A stretch of 64,000 nucleotides of DNA, taken from contig CM074806.1 in assembly GCA_037447605.1 (NCBI GenBank), positions 1,860,001 through 1,924,000 on the forward strand. Reading direction: 5' to 3'. A program made the translations under genes and the position numbers. Origin of the DNA: Zygnema circumcarinatum SAG 698-1b (lineage: Eukaryota > Plantae > Zygnematophyceae). Under the pieces are notes generated by a model. That model saw only the letters and a list, made by a program, of their open reading frames with translations, made no database searches and was not told where the DNA came from. Shown here in pieces: positions 50,925 to 60,758 of this stretch; position 1 is the first letter of the stretch; each line of letters starts with the position of its first letter.

Positions 50925-50954
50925 CAGGGTGGAAAATATGAGGACCCCCTACTG
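50921..50954. mobile_element. Right end of the split pogo-like MITE
   Basis: GGTGGAAAATATGAGGACCCCCTACTG|TA is the reverse complement of the TIR at 11058-11084 (3 mismatches). Confidence 0.75.
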
Positions 50955-51721
50955 TATCCGGTTACATGTACAGTACTGTAACCCGAGCGCCATTTTTGCC
51001 GTACGACTCTTCAGGCGAGCACATCAACAATTTCTGTACGAAAAACCGGGTCCACGCGCTTTTGGGATGCGCTAAAATCTCATTGTTGATTAGTGGACCC
51101 ACGGAAAACTCAAATTGAACACGAACGATAATTAATTGTTCCCTGTTCAATTGGTTCTCCATAAAAATTGTATTGGAAAAAAATTTGAAATTTATTTAAC
51201 ATTTCTCAAAATGAATCGTGTTCACAAATAATCGAAAGGTTTTTTTGAGAAACTGGTTTTGAAAGTTCTTTTTTGAGAAGCCAAAATCTTTAATTCCTTT
51301 TTTTCTCAACCTATTCGGTTTTACGGTAGGGATGTACATTTGTCCGTACAATCAACCTTTCGAGGTTTAAGATTTCAGAATTAGAACGTTCTAATATCTA
51401 AGAGTTTCAGAGTTCTAGAACACTTTTAGAATGACCTTACAACCATCGACTTTGAACACCCGCCAACTTGAATTGCTCTGGCGCTGACCGTGCAGTTAAA
51501 CCGTACGATCACACATTCGTACGATTGTCCGGCCATTCTACAAACGTTAATAAAACGGCCTACCTTTGAAATTTTTTGATTGGAATTCTAACACACGGCA
51601 CTGCGTACACCCCTGGCGCCGAGGCCAGAGGGCCGCGCTGCGCCCGCCCGCCCGCCCGCCCAGTGCGCACACAGGAGGCCGCAGTGTGGCGGCAGGCGGC
51701 CGGCCGGATCGCTCGCGGAAT

Positions 51722-51921
51722 AGGGGGAGTCAGACCTTGACCATCGCCAAATCAATTTCGTAAGCCTGTCGGGCGAATTAAGCATTGGCTAGGTATGCAT
51801 TTCGGTAAGGCTGTGTACGGCGGAGCCGCGAATCCCGATCCGGAATTCGTACACGTAACTTTGACTTTGAGTATAAGGAATTCGGGATTTCGTAAGCGAT
51901 GGTCAAGGTCTGACTCCCCCT
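51722..51921. mobile_element. ~200-bp MITE of the AGGGGGAGTCAG family, TSD AAT
   Basis: AAT|AGGGGGAGTCAGACCTTGACCATCGC...GCGATGGTCAAGGTCTGACTCCCCCT|AAT. Confidence 0.88.
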
Positions 51922-52070
51922 AATATCGGCGGGTGCCGCCCGCCCGCCGGAGGGCTGTCCAAAGAAATCTGCGGCGGCCGTACGGCCCACCGACCGCGGC
52001 GCCGTGGACACGGTTTGGAGTTTGGACGCGCCCGCGCCCGCCCGTACGGTCGTCGAGCGGGCAGACCATA

Positions 52071-52651
52071 CAGTAGGACCCCGTCATATTTTCCACCATC
52101 AAAAGTGCGTCCCCAAGAAATTCGCCCCGATTTTGCCGAAACCACCATTTTGTACGGTAACTCGTGTTAACCGTACTATTCGTACTAACCGTACTAACCA
52201 TACTAACCGTACTTCCCGTACTAGCTGTACTAGCCGTCACGGGCTTACGCAAAACTCACCTATTCTCCCCGCACTTGCCGCCGTAAGAGGCGCTCGCTCT
52301 TCTCCACTTCTTCTTGGTTTCGATACGATACGGTACACCCCGATACGGTACTATCCGTACGAGCCGTACGAGCTGTAGTAGCCGTTACGGGCTCGTAGCT
52401 TTTTGGTTTGCTGCCTCAGTGAACGCTAAGGCGTGCTTCATGTACTGTATGCTGTTAGCCACGATACGATACGATACGATGCGGTGCGATACGACAGCAA
52501 ACGATACGATACGATACGATACGATATGTACGGACACACGTAAACTCTAACATAATTCCGCTCGCCTATTGGTAAAACGGACCTTATATTTGCCAAATAC
52601 AATATTTTCGCCCGATTTTTGCCAAATGTAGGTGGAAAATATGACGGGGTC
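52071..52651. mobile_element. pogo-like MITE, right TIR truncated by a microsatellite
   Basis: TA|CAGTAGGACCCCGTCATATTTTCCACC...GGTGGAAAATATGACGGGGTC (21-bp perfect inverted repeat); internal (CGATA)n. Confidence 0.78.
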
Positions 52652-52726
52652 ATACCATACCATACCATACCATACCATACCATACCTTACCATACCATAC
52701 CATACCTTACCATACCATACCATACC
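52652..52726. repeat. (CCATA)n pentanucleotide microsatellite
   Basis: Directly visible; about 245 bp upstream of the TIP41 ATG. Confidence 0.95.
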
Positions 52727-52970
52727 TGTCTGTCTGCCTGTCTCCACGGCCGTTTTCTCTAGCAGCAGGTACCCTGCCGCTGTGCAGGCAGACAGGCAGG
52801 CAGGCAGGCAGGCAGGCACGCCGTGGCGGCAGCAGGCAGGCAACATACGGTACATACATACACAGCTCGCCGTCTCTATTCGCAGACTTTCGGTCGCGGT
52901 TGCTCCACCGTCTGCTCCCCCGTCTGCTCCCGTGCTCCCGTGCTTCCGTGCTCCCGTGCTTCCTTCCGCC

Positions 52971-55900
52971 ATGGCCGACGACTCCGGCAGCTCTACCTCT
53001 ACCACGGCTTCCGTAAGCGTAAGACATGTCGTGGAGGTGAGAAGCGACGCGCAAAGGTTCCAATCCCAAGCCACGACCGTGGTAGTGGGAAGCGCCGTTA
53101 CAACGAGGGAGTCTGCGCGGGGGGGCGCTGGTGTAAGCGCTACGGCGAGGGTGCACGTGAGCGAGGAGGAGGAGGCGGTCCGTAGAGCGCTCGATGCCGA
53201 AGGGGGCGCCTTCCTTCCCCGCCGCAGCGGAGTGCGCTTGAAGGGCTGGCTCGTGGAGACCCGTCATGGCCCCATTCTCAAGGCGCAGGAGGTGGCATGG
53301 TGAGGGCTCAGGTAGTCCTGGTCGTTGTTGGAAAAGAACGGAACGCTCCAGAGACTTTGCTGGACGTACCCTTTGTGATACGATTGCGTTGTAGCTGCAG
53401 GGAGGTATGGAATGATGAGGTCGGTTGCAGGCTTTGGAGTCTGCCAGTAGAGCGAGGGATCAACCTGCGTCAAGTTTCGGAGCAGGGGAGGTATCAGGCT
53501 GAGAGGGTGCTTTATGTAGAAATATGAGCGGCTCCTCTGCTTGGAGTTCGAGAATCTCGCCTATTCGTCGCTTATTGTTATCTATTTGATTTTGCGCAAA
53601 TTCCAAAAGCCAATAGTATTGTTTATTCTTGGCATTAATGTATGGCAGAGAACTTTAACACCTTTTTGTTGAGAGAATCCTGACATTACTTGGAGAGTGC
53701 GAAGAGTTTATTCCGGCAGGCTATACTTGTAAAGCATGTCATCATGTAGTCCTGAAAGCAGCAGCCGCACCATGACGGTCATTTGCAGCATCTTGCCATC
53801 AATGTACTACGCTATGTGACGGCATGGGTCGAGCACAGTTTGGTTGATACGGCAGACGGTGTTGTTCCTTCTTCTACCACAATTTACTATATTGCACCGT
53901 CATTTTTTCCTGAAACTTTATGGTCCCTATTTATATGCTCGTATATATGCTATATGCTATATATATGCTTATATGCTCATTTTGCATGTGTTACATTGGC
54001 CGAAACTTATAGGCTCTGGTCACTCCTTTAAAAGAAGAGGATTTTCTTTTTTTTTTGCGCTGATGCATTCATTTCTTGGGCAGGTGGGAACAGAACTTGA
54101 AGGCTTTCCGGCTGCCAGAAATGGTTTTTGGAAGCAGCTCCTTGAAGCTGGTCCATGAAGCCACTGGCACAGTGGTTCACTTCAATGCCTGGGATGCACT
54201 GAGCGGATGGATGAAGGAGAAGTTGCCGCCTGTTCAAATTCCAACGGCAGTGAGATGGATGCAGAGAGTGTGAGGCTTCCTTCGTATTCATTTCTGTATT
54301 GCATTTCTACTCCAGCTAGAAAAAGTGAATTGCATTGATCTCCCAATGGCGATGCCATCAAATGTACATGGACAAAACAACATGGGGAACCAAGAGGAAC
54401 CGGTCACAGAGGACCTAAAGGACAAAAGTAGGAAGGTTGCCAAATGACCAGAAGGAATGAAGGTTGTTCGAAGTGTTTATGAATCTTTAATTTATTGCTT
54501 GTCATTCAAGCAACGTGGTGCTCGTTCAGTTCAGCTGTGGCATCTATTGTCTCGTATGGTGTTCTTATAATTGGTTGGTAAAATTAGCGTCTTGTATGTA
54601 TTCATCTCCTTAAACTGTCTGCTTGATGGGGCAGGAAACCAAGCAAGGAGCTTCTTTTGGACTATGACTACACTTTTACGACTACATACTGTGGCAGTGA
54701 AAGGATCAACACCACTCAGCAAGTTGAGGTACGACTGCTCATCCTGCTGCAAGGTGGCGGACTTTCATTGGGGATGTGTAGTCTATTTCTATTGGACTTT
54801 GCACCCTTTCTTCCTATCCTTCTGTCATAATGAGCCCCAGCATCAATAGGAAATAGAAAAGCTGTCGCAGTTCATTTGACTTTTCTCCAGTTTCAGGAGG
54901 AGGATGTTTGGTCGATTCCTTACCATATGGGATGCACTAGCAAGAAATATTAATCATGGGTGAACTGCAATGTCTCAGCCAGTCAAACACTTTAAACAAG
55001 TAAACTGGTTGGCTGAAAGCCTTGCTCCCGCGCCCTTGCAGCTGGCTGTGGAATCCCTCACATTAGAAGACCATTCAGAGAAAGCCTCAGCGTCCTCTCG
55101 TACAGAGCCGAGCTCAGACGCAGAAAGGGGAGAACATGAGGATGACGGAGGTCAAATGCCGCAGACAGCTCGCCAGGCGGCCGAGCTGGAATGGAGAGAA
55201 TGTACGGAGCCTATTGATTGGGCGATGCTACAGGAAAGGGATCCAATTCTGTTCTACGATGAGGTGCCGCCTACTTCTAGCTCGTCAATTTCCTTATCGT
55301 TTGCTAGGTGGACCTGATCAATGCTTGAGTCTCCATGTGTCTTTTGTTCCTCACAGCAGGAATGAGTATCACAATGTTTGCACGTTGCACAATGCGTACA
55401 TCTCCTTGTCCAAAAGCTGTAACTTAGGCTTTTCTCAGTATTGCCAGTGACCTTCCAAGGTGGCTTCGAGCATTCGTCCACATTGCATTGGTCGAAGTTC
55501 TTTCATTCCCCTAAATGGAATATAGTGAGGCAAGCCAACTACCGCCTCCAATGTTGGTCATGAAGAAGGAGAGGGGCATGATATATGATGTGCTCGTTTG
55601 CACCCCAATAGAAGAAGTCATATTTTCTATATCAAGCTTTCGGACGTGAAGGCAATTTTGTGATGAGGGGACACTGAAAGGGCTGTGAGAGATGAGTAAT
55701 GGCTGTTGCTGCTGGGCGGTTGAGTCTCAGGTAGTGCTTTACGAGGATGAGCTGGCAGACAATGGCATCGCCCTCTGCTCCGTTAAAGTGGTCAGTGCAG
55801 GGCCTCCGGCTCCTCCTCTCACCTTGAAATCTTGGCCGAATAGACAGATGAGACGCCTGAGGTTGGCCTCTCAAAGTTGACTAACCTATATTTGGAGGTT

Positions 55901-56877
55901 AAACGCAGTCAAATGACATACAATCTCATATGTGGGGCCACTTTGTGTGGAGCCGTCGTCCTTTCTAGAGGATGGTGCAGCAATACACAGAGGCTGTGCC
56001 ATGTTAACTCCTGTGATAGTGAATTTTGTTTTCTTCTCCATCTGTGGTTCTGTGGATGCAGAGAGTTATGGCGCGTTGTTGGTTTGTGCTCCTCCGCTTC
56101 TGGGTGAGAACCAGCATGATTCATCCAGTTTTTGGTTTTGCTTCTGAACTTCTGTAGTTGGTTTTCAGCAGGCTCTCGGGCTTTTGCTTGAAAGGAAGTG
56201 AGGGATAGGGGTGTGATCTGTTTCGCCACAGATAAAAAGTTCAATGTCTCGCTGTCGTATAGCTTTTCTACTGTTTCGCATAATCATTAATCCCGGTTGA
56301 ACATGGCGCCTCCCTCTCCGACGAGAGAACGTTGCCAGTCAGTGAAAGGTTTGAGGGCGTGGCTTAAAGTAGTGTTTGCTCATGACTGCCACTGTAGGTG
56401 CGCTGTGTCCTGCCGTATAGTGTCCTGCTCCTGACGTGCTCGCTGTTTCTCTGTTCTTGCGGTGGGGCCAGCTTCGAGTTGATGGCGTTTTGATGCGGCT
56501 GAGGGACACGCGGCTCTTCTGTCGCTTTTCAGCGGATCCACGCAGCTTTCCGCTGGTGCTGAGAGAGCGGTCCCGACGAGAGTCCACTTTCCAAGAGCTT
56601 GCTGCGGTACGACCAGGCGTCGAGATCAGGAGTCTATTCAATTTGGACTCGGATACCGTGGCTTAAATTTGGAGAATTGTATCCGTAGTCTTCAATGGTG
56701 CAGTCTCTCTCTGCTCGTAGAATCTGATCGCCTTGATGTTTCCGGCTGTGAATGCAGGCTGGACTTCCTGCTGACTCTGTCTTCTACGCAGACCCAAACG
56801 TTGCGTCGAGTAAACTCCAAGACTTTCAGCGAGTCAATGAAAAACTAGTCCTCGTAAACCCAACAACCACCAGCTAG
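52971..56877 (+). CDS. TIP41: TIP41-like protein (TAP42/TAP46-interacting PP2A regulator)
   Basis: Exons 52971-53299, 54084-54269, 54635-54728, 55042-55263, 55731-55790, 56062-56103, 56472-56606, 56758-56877, all GT..AG and in frame. Motifs LPEMVFG, HFNAWDAL, LDYDYTFTTTYCGS, PILFYDE|VVLYEDELADNG, RVM..WFVLLRFW|LRVDGVLMRLRDTR. The start codon choice is an inference. Confidence 0.93.
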
Positions 56878-57029
56878 AATGACTGTTGTTCCTACGTAGC
56901 TACTCACAGCACGAGATTTAGGAAGCAAAGATGTTTCGCCCTCTGCCTATTCTTGTCACCCCACGAGAAGACATTCCCCTTTGCTGCCCCTTGTCTTGGC
57001 CATCCCAATCTTCAATGTAACCCGTGCAA

Positions 57030-57317
57030 CATGCATGCCGTCGCCATTGCTTGCGCTTTCCGGAATAAGACGGAGCGCTATGCGCCCCTTTCATGCCAAA
57101 CTTAGCTTTAACACGCCTCGATCGCCACAAAACGACATGTTACGTGGTGGGCCTCTCAGCCGTCCGATGACGCCTTGTCGCCCTGAGCCGTCACGTCAGC
57201 CGTCCATTGCGACCATGCATGCCGCGCATGAGATGTTCACGTGGCGGCAGCAGAGGCCGCCATCTGGCGTCCTGCATGCAAATCGTCGTCAGCAGCTCTC
57301 TATCAGCGCCACGTGGC
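57030..57317 (+). promoter_or_regulatory. Cluster of RY (CATGCATG) and ABRE/G-box (CACGTGGC) motifs upstream of the DUF3339 gene
   Basis: CATGCATG at 57030 and 57214; CACGTGGC at 57238 and 57310. Confidence 0.4.
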
Positions 57318-57502
57318 GGGCTAAAAGGGCGACCGCGCGAGCCAAGCAGCGGAGGGGCTGCGCCTAGAAAGGGGCGGAGGGGCCGGAGGAGTAGTAGGAG
57401 ATTCTTGGAAGGCGGAGCAGCAGCAAGAGAGGCGGGAGAGGTCGATAACAGGAGCTGGTACAAGGGAAGGAGGGGAGGGTAAGGGGTATTGGAAAGGTCG
57501 CC

Positions 57503-58124
57503 ATGGATTGGTGGAGCTTGCTCATCGCGGTGGTGCTCTTCATCGTGCTTTCTCCTGGGCTGCTGCTGCAGGTTTGGAAAAGCAGCTCTTCTGTTTTGTG
57601 TGGAGGTCCCAGGTCTTTTCTGTCAGAATGGTGTGAAATGGGGAATAGGTTTTTTACGGGGAGTTTGGAACTGCAAACACGCAAAACAGTTTTCACTTCT
57701 TTACTCGGTACCGTGTCCTTTCAATCTGTTCAGTTTTTTACCCCCTTTTTTTTTTTTTTGCTTCAAAAACTTTTATAAGATAGACGAGCGATCCATTTTT
57801 TGGTCCGTTCTTGTATTGTCTAATTAAGAGTCAAATTGTCAATTCACAGTGAAGAGATAGGCAGAACTCTATCGTCGAGTCCGTCCGACCCACTGGTCTG
57901 TTTCATGGTTCGATGGTTCAGTATGTACTGAGCGCTGATTTTCACAATAAATTGCATTGTTCATGCAGATACCAGGCGAGGATAATGCAGTGGAGTTCCA
58001 AAATTGGAAAACATCGTTGGCATCCGTTCTTGTGCATGCCGTTGTCTTCTTTCTTCTCTTTCTACTGGCGCAATACCTTCTGCATCTCGGCGACAAGGGA
58101 GGCAGGGGTCTCAAGACTGAATAA
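57503..58124 (+). CDS. Small two-helix membrane protein, DUF3339 family (74 aa)
   Basis: Exons 57503-57571 and 57969-58124: MDWWSLLIAVVLFIVLSPGLLLQ|IPGEDNAVEFQNWKTSLASVLVHAVVFFLLF..., matching the W..VL.AVVLF.LL.PGLL.Q.PG....VEF....TS...VLVH pattern of the family. Confidence 0.88.
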
Positions 58125-59571
58125 GATGATGCAGATGGGAGTACTATACTGCCACCTATAGAAGCAGGTCACGTTGGGACGAAGTTCGGTGTAACATGCG
58201 GTCGATTCCTGCTCATGGAGAGCCACGAAATCTCTATGCCAGCCTCTCATGGGACTTTGGAGTGGGCTCGCAGAAGTATGACGTGGACTCAGACATGGCA
58301 GATGTAATTTGCATAAAGGGCTCAGCTTTTTGCAGACATACTCTTAACGATGCTCGAGTACATACATAGCTGCTGGCTCCGCAACGTTGCTCCCTTCGAC
58401 AATTGAAACATTGTATAGTTTGCACAGGATTCCGAACAAAGCATTTTTGAGAACGTCTCTTGTTGAATGGTGTTCGTTATGATTGGAATTTGGAGAATGC
58501 TGTGGTCGTCCAGGACTTACAGAATGGTCGATACTAAATGGTTATTGTGTTTCAAGTTCGAAACACGATGTACTCCAATCTTAAATGGAGACAAATAATT
58601 ACGATGATGCTAAGATATATAAGAATATATGATGCTATATGGTACTTTGGGCCGTAGTTTTGAAAGTGTAAGGGGAAATGGCATTATCACGAAATGGCGA
58701 CGCTGCCACAGAAAAAAACCGACTTGACATGGTGATCAATCGTGATTTTGACAATGGAAAATTTCGATGCAAAGGAAGATAACGCGGAAGAGTTGCAATC
58801 TCAGTTTCATATCCGCACAAGCACAAGCAATTCAAATCTGGCGTTAGGTGTGACCTGCCTTCAAATTTGACGAAGATGTTATGAAGGACGACTGAGCACC
58901 TAAACATGGAGGCGCAAAGTCACATGTGGTCGAGATCGTGAAGAGGGGCTGTTGCTCACTTGCATTCGAGAAATTGCTGAATTAAGCGACTCGTCTGGTG
59001 TAACCACAAAAAATCCCTCCAATATGACGAAGTATATCGATATCGACATTATTTCGAAAGTCAATATAACTCGCGATACGACGTGTGAGAACATTTTACC
59101 TACGATATATCGAGTGACGATACCAGGCGATACATCGTACATCCGCTTGTATTGGTCGATACACCACGCGAATACATACAGAGCCAACACGACGACAAGG
59201 GGAAGTATCATTGAACTCGCGATGGCGAGGCCATCAAATGTACATGAGGCAAAATGTGGAACCACGAAGGGCCAATATACGAACGCGGACGCGAATACGA
59301 CCGTTTTGTGACACGTGGCACATTCCCCCTTTTTAGGATTTTTAGGGTTTTTAGGGCGCAATGTGTTGTACAGCGCTAGAGACCGTACAACTAATGGGAC
59401 ATAGACTCTCTAGGGCATGAAGGACTTGGGACTTAGGCGCGGACGCCAAGCGACAAGGATGGTCGCGCGGGCGCGGACGCGAAGAGTCCTAGGTTAAATC
59501 ATGGGACCGTGACGTGACGAACCGAAACATCATTCGGGCGTACGGACGACGGCGAAGCGCGACGCGACTAA

Positions 59572-60755
59572 GGGTGGGTTTCCATCAGCCCGTTATTCCG
59601 ACGTGGCGTCGTAATGGACGACGACCCATGGGTTCCATGAGGCCGTTTCCGCCAACGTGGCGCCGACGTGGCTGCCACGTGGTAACGAGCACCGTTCCAC
59701 AGAATGCTGCTCCGGAGGTGGTGTAACGCCATTACGACCATTCGCGTGCCGCCACGTGGCTACCAAAGATCCGCCAGCGTGCGACTGCCACGCTGGCTGG
59801 AAGCCGTCAACGCTCGGTGACCACCGGTCGTGGTCCCAGGTCGCTTCAGCGCCGAGGAAGCTTCCCAAGGTGCAGCCATGGCTGCCGACTTATCTGAAAA
59901 ACCACGAGGAGAAGCCCGAGTGCCTGCGAACGGACAACGGGCGTTCCATGAGCCAGTCAGCCAAACGACGTAGAAGCTCGTTGCAAGAGGGAGGGCTGCG
60001 GAGTTAAGCTCCGGTGCTTAACCCTAAAACAGACAGGGGATGGGCACCGAGGGGCCTCTCTTCCCATTCTCGCCTTAGGATTAGGGTTTGGAGACGGCTC
60101 TGGAGCATGCCGGGAGAGGGGGGGGCTCTCCCTTTACTTCTCGCACCGATGGAGATTTTCTATTAAAGGGAGGAGGGAGATCGCACTCTGTGGTGAAGGT
60201 CTAATGGTTGTGTCGCCGCTCCTCCGCACTTTAGAAGCAATTGATTAGGATTGTAATTATTATTATTCTTTTTGTTTAATTAATTTGAGTACGTGATTGG
60301 CAAATTTTCACTGTCAAATTTTTGCTTTCATTCTCATTCTTTTCATTTTTTTATGCTTGCATTTTGGAGAAGGAAAAAAACGAAAAGAGAGACGTATGTT
60401 GTCACATGTCCTTTCCACAACTTCCACCACAACAATAATATTTAATTCTCTTGAATTGCGAGGCAAACGCCGCGAATGGCGTTGCTTCGAAAGGCAGGGA
60501 AGGAGGGAAGAGAAGGGAGGGGAAGTGGCGGCTGTAGTGGCGGCGGCCGTCGCCTCCTGAAAACCCTAAAAAACTGTCCGCGGCGACGCGCGGACGGTAA
60601 CCGCTGTGGGCCAAGGCGCACGCTTCAAATTGTGCACGTGGCGATCGCTGATTGGAAAACGGCGTTTTGATGGAACTCGTCATTTTATCTGCAAAACGGC
60701 GTCCTACGTGGACCGTAACGAGCTTGTTACGAAACGGGCTGATGGAAACCCACCC
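59572..60755. mobile_element. Non-autonomous PIF/Harbinger element (1184 bp), TSD TAA
   Basis: TAA|GGGTGGGTTTCCATCAGCCCG...CGGGCTGATGGAAACCCACCC|TAA. Confidence 0.9.
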
Positions 60756-60758
60756 TAA

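Noticed and set aside
58635-58907. Harbinger transposase C-terminus (VVLHN)
   Set aside because: Only a four-residue resemblance, with no DDE motifs nearby.
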